From the IMG/VR virus record IMGVR_UViG_3300024255_000002: 64,000 bases of DNA; one strand, written 5' to 3'. The position numbers and the translations under genes were made by a program. The notes below the pieces were generated by a model. That model ran no database searches. It was not told the origin of the DNA and saw only the letters and a program-made list of their open reading frames with translations. How positions within the stretch are numbered: the stretch's first letter is position 1; every line of letters begins with the position of its first letter. This document shows, piece after piece, positions 37,168-47,216 of the stretch. The DNA is from a virus.

Positions 37168-39879
37168 ATGGCTACTATAATAAAACCTAAACGAAGTGAA
37201 ACGTCAAGTTCAGCCCCTACGACTGCTAATCTTGCGGTCGGCGAAATAGCAATTAATACCGCCGACCAAAAGATATATACAAGAGATAGTGGTAACAACA
37301 TAGTAACTTTGGCACAACCAGGTTTATTAAACGTTGTGGAGGATACAACTCCACAACTAGGTGGCTCTTTAGATGTAAATGGTAATTTAATTACATCAAG
37401 TGCTGATATTCAACTAGACGCTGAAACTCAAATCAAATTAGACGCTAATTCTGCAGGAAATATATGGTTACAAGATAACGGAACAACATACGGTAAATTA
37501 TATAACTTCAATGGAATGAAGATTGAAAGTTCCATTTCTGATAATGATTTTCAAATATCAGTTAATGACGGTGGTAGTTTCATTAATGCACTTACTATTG
37601 ACGCTTCAGAGGAAGGTGATGCTACATTTAACTCTAACATATTTTTAGGTGATGATAAAAAAGTAAACTTCGGTGCTGATAGTGATTTACAGATTTACCA
37701 TGATGGCACTAACAGTTATATTGATGACGCAGGAACAGGTACAATATTTTATAGATCAGGAACACAAACATTTCAAAATGCTGCTGGTTCAAAAACAATG
37801 GCAGTGTTCAATGCGGCCACTTCCGTTGATTTAAGTTACGACAACAACATAAAATTTCAAACAACAACTGATGGTACACTTACATGTGGATCATCTACAA
37901 TAACTGACGGAACAGTTTCTTGGCCTTTTGCTTCAAAATCTGATAACTTACATATAGGAACAGACGCAAGTTGTTCACTTACAACTGGTACTAACAACAT
38001 TGCCGTAGGTTGTCAATCATTAAAATTAAACGAGGATGGTGCAAATAACATTGCCATCGGACAAAATTCTTTGTGTTGTGCTACAACACCTTCATGTAAC
38101 ATAGTAATAGGTAAAAATTCTTTATGTGCTTCAGATGAATGTACATTTGTTGGTTGTTGGAATGGTTCTTCATATCCAACAATAACACGATCAACAGAAA
38201 AAAATATAGTTATAGGTAATAATCTTATTACAAATGAGACTATGGCCCACAATAACACGATTATAGGGCACGACATTGCTACTGCTTCTGCTTCATATAT
38301 CTGTACTTGGGGATGTACTTGTACTTGTAACGGACTGTCAGCAATTCCTTATGATGAAAAAACAGCAAATAATAATACATTAATTGGTAATTGTATAGCT
38401 CCTTATTCTAGTAGAGTAGATAAAAATGTTATAATTGGATCATGTATTAATACCGACACTCAAGCACTTGCTAGTGTAAGTAATTCACAAATTTTTGGTT
38501 ACAATGTATTAAATTGTTCTGCAACATCGGGTGTCTGTTGTAACAGTTATGGTGGTAAGATAGAAAATTCTTTTATTTCTGGTACTTGCTTGTTTGATGG
38601 CCATGAAGTACAAACGCTTCTGCAAAACGTTATTATTGGTAGTGAAATCGGTTCTTCATCTTGTTTTCATCAACTTGGACCAAAAGATCCAAATAGTGAA
38701 TACGATTGTTGTGTACAATATCGGGACAGTATAATACTTGGTGCCTGTGCCTCACAGTGGGCATGGTGGAACCAATGTAGTGTTACCATTGGTAGTTCTG
38801 CTGGACTGGCACACAGCGTGAGTGATTATAACACTTATGTTGGAGCTGATTCTGGTGCTGGCTCGCCTAATTCACTATATACAAAAGAAAGAAACCTTAA
38901 AGGTTATTATAACACCGCTATTGGTACAGGTGCAATGGGCAATATGGGAGGAGACTGTGATACGAATGGTGATGACTTAATTATTTGTAGCAACACTGCC
39001 GTTGGTTCTGGTACTTTAAGTTATGTTGCTGGATGTGGAAATGTTGCAATTGGTAGATCCTCGTCTATGCTTTTGCGTAACGGAGATGATAATACAACTA
39101 TTGGATTCTGCTCTGGAATTCTTTTAGGATGTAGTGGTACAGCTGCATGTGATAACGTTCTTATTGGAAAAAGTGCTGGAAGTTTACTCGTTTCAGGATC
39201 GTGTAATATTGTTATCGGAGCTGACGTTGAAGCTTCATCCAATTCAGTTTCAAATGAAACTACTATTGGTGGTGCATGTTTAAGATTTCCAGGACTTCAA
39301 TCATCTGCTACAGACGGCCAAGTTTTAACATATTGTTCAACAAATGACAATATAGTATTTAAAGATGCTGGTGGTATGTCATGGGCAATATGCACATCAA
39401 ACTTTACAGCAGTTGCTGGTGAAGGATACTTTATAGATACATCTAGTTCTACCATAACATCAACTTTACCTGCGTCAGCAACTTTAGGTGATCAAATTCA
39501 CTTTAAAGATTACAACGATACGTTTGATACAAATAATTTAACAGTAGGTAGAAACTCACACAATATTGAAGGTTCTGCAACTGATTTACCAGTCAGCACT
39601 GAAGGTGCTGGATTTACTTTAGTATATGTAGATAATACTAGAGGATGGGTACATAAACACAAAATTGATGAACAATCATTTTTTAATGATTCAACTATAA
39701 CTATAACACCTGGTTCTGAAGGTAACTTTGATTTAAGTTTTGATCCGGATCAAACTACACAGGAAACACCATTTGAATCTGGAGGTGTTGACGCTTTTGG
39801 CGTTGCTGTATCTAGCTATCAATATAGTTTGATGGATCCAGTAAATGAATTAATAAACGTAGATTTAGGAGAGTTTTAA
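37168..39879 (+). CDS. Tail fibre with a Cys-rich YadA-like beta-roll
   Basis: IKPKRS..P....L.VGEIAIN N-terminus; DLQIYHDG; NxxIG repeats; 34 Cys counted. Confidence 0.85.
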   Translation: MATIIKPKRSETSSSAPTTANLAVGEIAINTADQKIYTRDSGNNIVTLAQPGLLNVVEDTTPQLGGSLDVNGNLITSSADIQLDAETQIKLDANSAGNIWLQDNGTTYGKLYNFNGMKIESSISDNDFQISVNDGGSFINALTIDASEEGDATFNSNIFLGDDKKVNFGADSDLQIYHDGTNSYIDDAGTGTIFYRSGTQTFQNAAGSKTMAVFNAATSVDLSYDNNIKFQTTTDGTLTCGSSTITDGTVSWPFASKSDNLHIGTDASCSLTTGTNNIAVGCQSLKLNEDGANNIAIGQNSLCCATTPSCNIVIGKNSLCASDECTFVGCWNGSSYPTITRSTEKNIVIGNNLITNETMAHNNTIIGHDIATASASYICTWGCTCTCNGLSAIPYDEKTANNNTLIGNCIAPYSSRVDKNVIIGSCINTDTQALASVSNSQIFGYNVLNCSATSGVCCNSYGGKIENSFISGTCLFDGHEVQTLLQNVIIGSEIGSSSCFHQLGPKDPNSEYDCCVQYRDSIILGACASQWAWWNQCSVTIGSSAGLAHSVSDYNTYVGADSGAGSPNSLYTKERNLKGYYNTAIGTGAMGNMGGDCDTNGDDLIICSNTAVGSGTLSYVAGCGNVAIGRSSSMLLRNGDDNTTIGFCSGILLGCSGTAACDNVLIGKSAGSLLVSGSCNIVIGADVEASSNSVSNETTIGGACLRFPGLQSSATDGQVLTYCSTNDNIVFKDAGGMSWAICTSNFTAVAGEGYFIDTSSSTITSTLPASATLGDQIHFKDYNDTFDTNNLTVGRNSHNIEGSATDLPVSTEGAGFTLVYVDNTRGWVHKHKIDEQSFFNDSTITITPGSEGNFDLSFDPDQTTQETPFESGGVDAFGVAVSSYQYSLMDPVNELINVDLGEF

Positions 39880-39900
39880 TCAACTATCTTAATAAAAATA

Positions 39901-39930
39901 TATAAATATAAAGATAGTGGTATATAAATA
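39901..39930 (+). promoter_or_regulatory. Tandem late promoters
   Basis: TATAAATA at 39901 and 39923. Confidence 0.75.
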
Positions 39931-39947
39931 AGTATAGGAGATATTAA

Positions 39948-40613
39948 ATGCCAACAATTTTAAAATTTAGAAGAGGAACAACTACACAGAATAACGCCTA
40001 TACAGGTGCTGCTGGTGAGTTGTCAATAGATACTTCTTTAAACCAAATTAGAGTACATGATGGATCAACTGCAGGTGGTACCACAGTGGGTGCCGGTGGG
40101 GAAGTTATAGATGATACAACACCGCAATTAGGTGGTAATTTAGATGTAAATGGCAATTCAATTGTATCTGCATCTAATGGAAATATAGCTATTACACCAA
40201 ATGGATCAGGAAACATTGTCCTTGACGGATTAACTTTTCCAAATGCTGATGGATCAGCAGATCAAGTTTTAAAAACAGATGGATCAGGTACTTTATCTTT
40301 TACAGATGTATCTGGTGGTACTTCATGGCAAGCAGTTAAAACATCAGCTTTCACAGCAGTTGCTGGAGAAGGATATTTTATAGACACAACTAGTGCAGCT
40401 ATCACAATGACATTACCAGCTTCTCCATCACAAGGTGATGAAGTTTCGTTTATTGATTATGCTGGAACAGCAGATACAAATGCAATTACTATTGCAAGAA
40501 ATGGATCAAATATATCTGGTTCAGCGTCAGATTTAACAGTTTCAGTTGAAAGAGCTGCAAATAGTTTAGTTTATGTTGATTCAACGCAAGGATGGTTATT
40601 AACAAGTAAATAG
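39948..40613 (+). CDS. Fibre adaptor protein with an Mtd/hyaluronidase-type N-terminus
   Basis: FRRGTT......GAAGEL.IDT....RVHDGSTAGG; C-terminal AGEGYFIDT..LPASP..GD...LVYVD..QGW. Confidence 0.8.
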   Translation: MPTILKFRRGTTTQNNAYTGAAGELSIDTSLNQIRVHDGSTAGGTTVGAGGEVIDDTTPQLGGNLDVNGNSIVSASNGNIAITPNGSGNIVLDGLTFPNADGSADQVLKTDGSGTLSFTDVSGGTSWQAVKTSAFTAVAGEGYFIDTTSAAITMTLPASPSQGDEVSFIDYAGTADTNAITIARNGSNISGSASDLTVSVERAANSLVYVDSTQGWLLTSK

Positions 40614-40638
40614 AATTTAAATAAGAGGGAATAATAAA

Positions 40639-40956
40639 ATGGCAAAAACATATCAATATTGTGTAGCAGAAAATTGGGGAAAAGGGTTTATAACACACGA
40701 AGACTCTAGAGCTTTTTCAATTGCAGGATTTCCAGGTAATGTTTGGAGAGTGCCAGCATTCACACCAAAAGCAAATCTTTGGATTAATAAAGTGTTAGGA
40801 ACTCCTAAAACAAAAGACGAAGCACAAACAATTGTAAGTGCAGAAATTTCAACTCAACAAACAGAGTGGGACAATGATAATGTAGAAGGTGAAACTGCTG
40901 AACAAAAAAAAGGTAGACTTGGAGAAAGACCTGCTGATATAACATTAGTAGAATAA
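40639..40956 (+). CDS. Hypothetical protein preceding the Kelch-like genes
   Basis: RBS GAGGG; NWGKGFITH. Confidence 0.75.
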   Translation: MAKTYQYCVAENWGKGFITHEDSRAFSIAGFPGNVWRVPAFTPKANLWINKVLGTPKTKDEAQTIVSAEISTQQTEWDNDNVEGETAEQKKGRLGERPADITLVE

Positions 40957-40990
40957 ATCCAATTCTAAAAAACTAGATTAGGAAAAAAAT

Positions 40991-41911
40991 ATGTCAGAAT
41001 ATAAAGAAATACACGGACAAAACATACAAGTAGTATCATCTGATCCATCTAATCCTCAAAATGGGCAAGTTTGGTATAACACAACATCTAGTACACTTAA
41101 AGTATCAAGTATTCAAACTGGTGGCGCTTGGTCATCAGGCGGTAATTTAAGTCATAATGTAATGTATGGTGGTGGCGCCGGAACTCAAACAGCAGGTTTG
41201 GCTTTTGGAGGACAAAGTTATACAGCAAATAGAACTGAAGAATATGACGGTTCATCATGGACAATTGGTGGAAATTTAGGATCAGCCCTTTATGATATGG
41301 GTGATGCTGGAACTCAAACAGCAGCTTTAGCATTTATGGGAGCAACTGAAGAATATGACGGTTCATCATGGACAGCAGGTGGAAATATGTCTCACTATGA
41401 TCGTGGTTTTAGTGGTACGGGAACTCAAACAGCAGCATTAGCTGTAGGTTCTGATCAAACTAGTACTGAAGAATATAACGGTACATCATGGACTGCTGGT
41501 GGAACTTATCCAGAAATTGCTTCTTTTGTGGGTATGGCTGGTCTTCAAACTGCAGGTATAGTGACAGGAGGAGCTGCTTATGCACCTTCACAAACGTCAA
41601 CTAATCATTATGATGGTACATCATGGACTGCTGGTGGAACTATGTCCACAGGTAGATATTTACACGCAATGGCAGGAGCAGGAACACAAACAGCAAGTTT
41701 AGTGTTTGGTGGGGAACCTTCAATTGCTAATACTGAACATTATGATGGTTCATCATGGACTGCTGGTGGAAACATGTCAACAGGTAGAGGTTATTTAGCT
41801 GGAGCAGGAACATTATCTGCAGGTTTAGCTATTGCTGGGTCCTTTTATTTGAATAGTACCGAAGAATATGCAGGTCCAGGTTCTGTTGTTGAAACTATAA
41901 CATCAAGTTAA
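40991..41911 (+). CDS. Kelch-like beta-propeller virion protein
   Basis: Repeats GTQTAxLxxGG...TEEYDGSSWT. Confidence 0.85.
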   Translation: MSEYKEIHGQNIQVVSSDPSNPQNGQVWYNTTSSTLKVSSIQTGGAWSSGGNLSHNVMYGGGAGTQTAGLAFGGQSYTANRTEEYDGSSWTIGGNLGSALYDMGDAGTQTAALAFMGATEEYDGSSWTAGGNMSHYDRGFSGTGTQTAALAVGSDQTSTEEYNGTSWTAGGTYPEIASFVGMAGLQTAGIVTGGAAYAPSQTSTNHYDGTSWTAGGTMSTGRYLHAMAGAGTQTASLVFGGEPSIANTEHYDGSSWTAGGNMSTGRGYLAGAGTLSAGLAIAGSFYLNSTEEYAGPGSVVETITSS

Positions 41912-41912
41912 T
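41877..41912 (+). repeat. 36-bp direct repeat, copy 1 (copy 2 at 42850-42885)
   Basis: CAGGTTCTGTTGTTGAAACTATAACATCAAGTTAAT identical at both gene 3' ends. Confidence 0.9.
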
Positions 41913-42884
41913 ATGTCAGAATATACAGAAATAAAAGGAACAAATATAGAAGTAGTAACATCCGATCCTAGTAATCCACTGGATGGACAAATTTGGTTTA
42001 ATTCTACTTCAAATAAAATTAAACTTAGTAAACTTACTGCAACAGGATCGTGGGCAACTGGTGCGGCTTTAGGAACAACTAGAAATAGGTCTGCTGGTGC
42101 TGGAACTCAAACAGCAGCATTATGCATGGGTGGAGATACAGGACCGCCTACTAAATCTGCATTAACAGAACATTATGATGGATCTTCATGGACTGCTGGT
42201 GGAAATTTATCAACAGGAAGAAATCAAACTAGAGGATGTGGAGTTCAGACAGCTGCTCTACTTGTTGCTGGTTGGAGTCCTCCCTCTACAAACGCTGTAG
42301 AGGAATATAATGGTTCATCATGGACTGCTGGAGGTGATTATCCAGGATCCTATAGAAACGTAGGTATGACTGGAACTCAAACAGCAGCATTAGGTTTTGG
42401 TGGTAGAGGATGGGTTAATACTACATTTGAATATAACGGTACATCATGGGCTGCCGGAGGTAATTATCCAGCACCAGCAGATAGACTTGGAAGTGCAGGA
42501 ACTCAAACAGCTGGATTAGGTTGGGGTGGATGGAGTCCATCATTACCTGGGAGATATGATACTAGTAATCACTATGATGGTTCTTCATGGACGTCAGGTG
42601 GTGCTTTAGTAGCTGGTTTTCACGCTATGGGTTCCGCAGGAACGCAAACATCTGCTTTATCAGCAGGAGGTTCCCATGCTGACAGTAACAATAGTAATAC
42701 TTATGTATATGATGGTTCTACTTGGACATCTGACACAAGTTTGCCGAAGGACTTTACTGATGGACAAGGTGCTCAAAATTCATCTTCAGCTGCAGCTTTA
42801 GTTTTTGGTGGAATCAGTCCTGGGGGTCTCACTGCTGAATTTACTGGTGCAGGTTCTGTTGTTGAAACTATAACATCAAGTTAA
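41913..42884 (+). CDS. Kelch-like beta-propeller virion protein (paralog)
   Basis: Same repeats, with Pro-rich loops. Confidence 0.85.
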   Translation: MSEYTEIKGTNIEVVTSDPSNPLDGQIWFNSTSNKIKLSKLTATGSWATGAALGTTRNRSAGAGTQTAALCMGGDTGPPTKSALTEHYDGSSWTAGGNLSTGRNQTRGCGVQTAALLVAGWSPPSTNAVEEYNGSSWTAGGDYPGSYRNVGMTGTQTAALGFGGRGWVNTTFEYNGTSWAAGGNYPAPADRLGSAGTQTAGLGWGGWSPSLPGRYDTSNHYDGSSWTSGGALVAGFHAMGSAGTQTSALSAGGSHADSNNSNTYVYDGSTWTSDTSLPKDFTDGQGAQNSSSAAALVFGGISPGGLTAEFTGAGSVVETITSS

Positions 42885-42892
42885 TTATTTTA

Positions 42893-42900
42893 TATAAATA
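42893..42900 (+). promoter_or_regulatory. T4-type late promoter
   Basis: TATAAATA. Confidence 0.7.
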
Positions 42901-42942
42901 ATACTATATCATGGCATATAATATGCTTTATAACATAAGGAA

Positions 42943-43701
42943 ATGAAAATGAGTAATGAAAATAAAAAGCGAGATATAGTTGCCGCCTCAGAAGCAAACG
43001 TTAATCACTTATCAAATATATTAGACACAAACGATTTTAAATCTATTATGGATTTAAAAGACGAGTTAAAAGATACTTGGCATAAAAAACAAGTTTTTAG
43101 AACAGAAACAGAAATGAGAATGTCTGTTTTACAAGACGCAAAATATCCAACCAAAGCCGCAAAGTATTGGCAATGTGTAAGAGAACAAAATGTGTTCTTT
43201 GAAAATTTAATGTCTCTTTCATTTGAATATAGAAAAAATGAAGTTGAAATTAAAAAACTTAAAAAGAAAATTACACAAGAAACTGATTTATTAGAAAAAG
43301 AATTATTAGAGATTGAGTTAGAAGAAAAACTATACGGTAGAGCAAATACAGAATTAGTTGCTAAAGATCGTATGAGAGAAATAAATCAATGGTCTCAATT
43401 AAAAAAAGAATATGACGATGGTTCTTTTGACACAAAAAATGTAAATACACATCAAGCTGAATCATATAAAATGATGTTGACTAACAAAGTTAAAACGTTA
43501 ACTCCAGGATCGTCTCAACCTGAGGTATTTAATGCTGTCGGACAATTACAAACATTAGAACGACTTGAAAAAGAAGGTGTACTGTTGCCTTATAGCAATG
43601 AAGGTAAATCTAAATTAGGATACAATCCAAATCCTCAAAAAAGTGAAGATTTACATCTGTCTCTGTCTAGTAATATATCGACAAAATCTACTGATAAATA
43701 A
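42943..43701 (+). CDS. Hypothetical coiled-coil protein
   Basis: KQVFRTETEM, KYWQCVREQ, heptad region. Confidence 0.75.
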   Translation: MKMSNENKKRDIVAASEANVNHLSNILDTNDFKSIMDLKDELKDTWHKKQVFRTETEMRMSVLQDAKYPTKAAKYWQCVREQNVFFENLMSLSFEYRKNEVEIKKLKKKITQETDLLEKELLEIELEEKLYGRANTELVAKDRMREINQWSQLKKEYDDGSFDTKNVNTHQAESYKMMLTNKVKTLTPGSSQPEVFNAVGQLQTLERLEKEGVLLPYSNEGKSKLGYNPNPQKSEDLHLSLSSNISTKSTDK

Positions 43702-43726
43702 TTAAATAAATTTATTATTTAATATT

Positions 43727-44521
43727 ATGAAGATATATGATTTTAATAAGGAGCTTTTTTTTCTGGTAGGATTGCCACGTTCAGGCAATACATTCTTTAG
43801 TTCGTTGATGAATCAAAATCCAGATATAGGAGTTACTGCAAACTCTATTTGTTTAGAAATATATAAAGATGTTTTTTTATTAAAAGAAACAGATATATTT
43901 TGTAACTATCCAGATCATAAATCTTTAGATAATGTTTTACGAAACATTTATAAAAATTATTACGAACATTGGCCTCAAAAGTACATTATTGAAAGAGGAC
44001 CTGCATTTACAACTGGCAATCAAATGGTGATTGAAAAATATCTAAATCAACCTGTTAAATGTATTATATTATGGAGAGATTTAATGGATGTAATTGCTTC
44101 ATATATCAAATGGTTTGAAAATGAACCAACTGCATTTATTAATAGGGTTGGTTTAAAAACAGTAGAAGAAAAAATAATGCATTTAATGAGTAAAGATGGT
44201 ATGGTTGCAAAATCATTAGATTGCATACAAAATGCATTGACACCAAAAAATAGATCAAAATTTCATATAGTAAAATATAATGATTTAGTAAGTAATCCTG
44301 AAAAAGAGATTACAAAAGTTTATTCATTTTTAAATATACCATCTTTCAATCATAACTATAATCATATAGAACAATATAGTTTAAATGGTATGAGTTACAA
44401 TGATAATATTCTTGGAAACAATTTACATACAATAAAATCTCAAATTAAATTAGAAGAAAACCCTTATAAAAAAATGATACCTGATAGTATTATAAAAAAA
44501 TATGGTCATATAAAATTATGA
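43727..44521 (+). CDS. Sulfotransferase (P-loop, PAPS-dependent)
   Basis: GLPRSGNT 5'-PSB loop, R......S 3'-PB, YNDLV.NPE. Confidence 0.85.
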   Translation: MKIYDFNKELFFLVGLPRSGNTFFSSLMNQNPDIGVTANSICLEIYKDVFLLKETDIFCNYPDHKSLDNVLRNIYKNYYEHWPQKYIIERGPAFTTGNQMVIEKYLNQPVKCIILWRDLMDVIASYIKWFENEPTAFINRVGLKTVEEKIMHLMSKDGMVAKSLDCIQNALTPKNRSKFHIVKYNDLVSNPEKEITKVYSFLNIPSFNHNYNHIEQYSLNGMSYNDNILGNNLHTIKSQIKLEENPYKKMIPDSIIKKYGHIKL

Positions 44522-45171
44522 AATTTGAAGTAAAACATTTTGGACAAACTTTAATAAAATATCAAGTACCTTACGATATTTTTTTAACAATAAATCGTAT
44601 ATATGAAGCTCGATATGATAAACTTATACCCGCTAATAAAGGATTAGCAGGAAAAATACAAAATGAGCACTCTCTTTATTATAATGGAGAAAGTATCAAA
44701 ATAGCAGAAAGACATAATTTTTTACCACAAGATATATTAAAGTGGTTTAATTCTATATTTAAACATTATTTAATATATAATAAAATAAGTAATTTTAAAC
44801 ATAGAACAAATTCCATATGGATAAATGAAATGAAACAAAACGAATATAATCCTTTACATACACATAATGGTAGTTTATTTACAGGATTGTCAAGTGTGAT
44901 GATACTAAAATTGCCTAATACTTACGGAAAAGAATATTCAGCAGAACAAAATCCTACAAACGGTAGATTACAAATAATTTCATCTGAAAATGGTCAATTT
45001 GGCAGATCAAATTATCAACCACCTATGAATCTTGGAGATTTTTATGTATTTCCTTATGATATGAAACATTGTGTATATCCTTTTAATGGTACAAATGAAA
45101 CAAGAAGAACATTAGCAGCTAACTGTGATGTAGATTATAATCCTGTAATAAATAGAGGAATAAATGAATAG
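44518..45171 (+). CDS. Fe(II)/2OG oxygenase
   Basis: WIN...EYNPLHTH, FPY..KHCVYPF, RRTLAAN. Confidence 0.8.
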   Translation: MKFEVKHFGQTLIKYQVPYDIFLTINRIYEARYDKLIPANKGLAGKIQNEHSLYYNGESIKIAERHNFLPQDILKWFNSIFKHYLIYNKISNFKHRTNSIWINEMKQNEYNPLHTHNGSLFTGLSSVMILKLPNTYGKEYSAEQNPTNGRLQIISSENGQFGRSNYQPPMNLGDFYVFPYDMKHCVYPFNGTNETRRTLAANCDVDYNPVINRGINE

Positions 45172-45769
45172 AAATCCTAGACTAATAACTGAACCAAGAT
45201 GGAAGTCTCATGTTGTAGAAACAAAAACTCCCATTTTTACTCCTGAACAATGTCAAACTATTATAGACATGGGTCGAACTTTACCTAGAATCTCAGCAAA
45301 AGTAGGTGCAAATGAAGGAAAGTTGGGTGATGGTAAAGAAGATAATAAAATCAGAATAAGTCATATATCTTGGATACCTTTTGAAAAATTAAAACCTATG
45401 TATGATGTACTAGAGCAAATGATTCAAAAAGTCAATGGAAACCATTTTGGGTTTGAAGGTATGCAACTAACAGAACTTGCTCAATACACAGAATATTCTG
45501 AAGGTCAATTTTATGATTGGCACATGGACAGTTCTATAGAAATGTCAAAAGAACCAACAGTAAGAAAAATATCTATGACGTGTTTATTGTCACCAGAAAA
45601 TGAATTTGAAGGTGGTGATTTAGAATTAGTTGCGCCTGGTAAAAAAGCAAAATTGACTCAAGGAAATGCTATGTTTTTTGCTTCATTTATAAATCACAGA
45701 GTTACACCTGTTACAAGAGGTAATAGAAAATCTTTAGTAGTTTGGTTTGGGGGACCACCTTTAAAATAA
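45164..45769 (+). CDS. Fe(II)/2OG oxygenase, prolyl-4-hydroxylase/PKHD-like
   Basis: FYDWHMD, RKIS, FEGGDL, HRVTPVTRGNRKSLVVW. Confidence 0.9.
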   Translation: MNRNPRLITEPRWKSHVVETKTPIFTPEQCQTIIDMGRTLPRISAKVGANEGKLGDGKEDNKIRISHISWIPFEKLKPMYDVLEQMIQKVNGNHFGFEGMQLTELAQYTEYSEGQFYDWHMDSSIEMSKEPTVRKISMTCLLSPENEFEGGDLELVAPGKKAKLTQGNAMFFASFINHRVTPVTRGNRKSLVVWFGGPPLK

Positions 45770-45770
45770 T

Positions 45771-46358
45771 ATGTTAATTAAAGAACAAGTTTTCCCTACA
45801 ACTATATATGGCAAAGATTTGCATTTAGACAATGAGATTTTAGCAAGTCATATTATTGAATGGTCTAAAAATGACAAAGGACTCAATAAAACAAATGTTA
45901 ATGGTTGGCATTCTACAACAGATATGCATAAAAAACCAGAATATAAATTATTGATAGACGAACTTTATAAAATGCAACATGAAATATTTAATGAAGAATT
46001 ATTAGATAGTGAACCATTTTTAGGTAATATGTGGGCAAATATAAACTATGAAGGTGGATTTAATATGCCTCATGTTCATGCTAACAGTTTGTTTAGTGGT
46101 GTATATTATGTAAAATCTAATCCCAATTCAGGTAGACTAATTTGTGACGATCCTAGACCAGGAATACAACACGTTTTGCCGATTAGAAAACAAAGTAATT
46201 TGCCGAAGCATTTATGTCGATCTATTGAAATAGAACCAATACCTGGAAGACTTATAATGTTTCCTGCTTGGTTATGGCATCATGTATCTGCTAATTTATC
46301 TAAAGATATTAGAATAAGTATAAGTTTTAATTTTCTACAAAAAGGATTAATGATATGA
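45771..46358 (+). CDS. Fe(II)/2OG oxygenase (TIGR02466-like)
   Basis: WANIN, PHVH, SGVYY, FPAWLWHHV, RISISFN. Confidence 0.88.
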   Translation: MLIKEQVFPTTIYGKDLHLDNEILASHIIEWSKNDKGLNKTNVNGWHSTTDMHKKPEYKLLIDELYKMQHEIFNEELLDSEPFLGNMWANINYEGGFNMPHVHANSLFSGVYYVKSNPNSGRLICDDPRPGIQHVLPIRKQSNLPKHLCRSIEIEPIPGRLIMFPAWLWHHVSANLSKDIRISISFNFLQKGLMI

Positions 46359-46948
46359 AACAAGAATTTAAACAAAAAAAATATCAAGTAATTAAAAACG
46401 CAATTTCATATGATTTAGCAAACTTTATATTTAATTATCAATTATTAAGACGAGATGCTGTTGATTATATGTATAAAAATAATATTACAGCAGATAATGG
46501 TCATTATGGAACTTGGAGTGATCAACAAGTTCCAAACGTATATTCAGAATATGGCGATCATGTAATGGAAACTTTACTTATGAAAGTTTTACCTATAATG
46601 AAAGAAGAAACAGGATTAGATTTAGTACCAACATATTCTTATACAAGAGTTTATGAAAAAGGTTCTATTTTAAAAAAACATAAAGATAGACCTAGTTGTG
46701 AAATATCAACAACATTACATCTAGGTGGTGATCCGTGGTCAATCTTTATAGATAATACTGAAATAACTCTAGGTATAGGTGATATGTTAGTTTATAGTGG
46801 TTGTGATTTAGAACATTGGAGAGAGAAATTTGAAGGAAACATTTGTGGACAAGTGTTTCTACATTATAATCATGTAAACGGACCATTTGCTGATAAGAAC
46901 ATATTTGATGGAAGACCTGTGTTAGGATTGCCCAAAGTTTTCTTATAA
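46355..46948 (+). CDS. Fe(II)/2OG oxygenase
   Basis: PTYSY.R.Y, HKDRPSCEIS, GD...Y.GC..EHWR, QVFLHY. Confidence 0.85.
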   Translation: MKQEFKQKKYQVIKNAISYDLANFIFNYQLLRRDAVDYMYKNNITADNGHYGTWSDQQVPNVYSEYGDHVMETLLMKVLPIMKEETGLDLVPTYSYTRVYEKGSILKKHKDRPSCEISTTLHLGGDPWSIFIDNTEITLGIGDMLVYSGCDLEHWREKFEGNICGQVFLHYNHVNGPFADKNIFDGRPVLGLPKVFL

Positions 46949-46951
46949 ATA
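46944..46951 (+). promoter_or_regulatory. T4-type late promoter
   Basis: TATAAATA. Confidence 0.7.
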
Positions 46952-46974
46952 GTATATAAAAAAGGAGAATAGAA

Positions 46975-47199
46975 ATGGCAACTATAGATAAATTAAACAA
47001 AGTTATTTCAACAACAACTAAAGTTTCTGAATCAAGTAAATCTGATTCTGTTAAGAAACAGAGATTTTTAAGAAAAAAGGAAAGACTTAATAGAATTAAA
47101 TCAAATGATACTAAGTTTTCTTCTTTAAGTGCTGAAGAACAAACACGTTTAAATACACACATTACTACATTAGATACTAAAATAGCAGAATTATCGTAA
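46975..47199 (+). CDS. Small basic hypothetical protein
   Basis: AAGGAG RBS and an upstream late promoter. Confidence 0.75.
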   Translation: MATIDKLNKVISTTTKVSESSKSDSVKKQRFLRKKERLNRIKSNDTKFSSLSAEEQTRLNTHITTLDTKIAELS

Positions 47200-47216
47200 G
47201 TATAAATTATTATATT

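Noticed and set aside
8273-39879. Cys excess as a sign of codon reassignment
   Set aside because: TGT/TGC encode canonical Cys motifs in the radical SAM and PAAR genes, core genes translate normally, and the excess is limited to two domains
39948-42885. Diversity-generating retroelement suggested by the Mtd-like N-terminus and repeated 3' ends
   Set aside because: No reverse transcriptase in the window; the repeats are identical rather than differing at adenines
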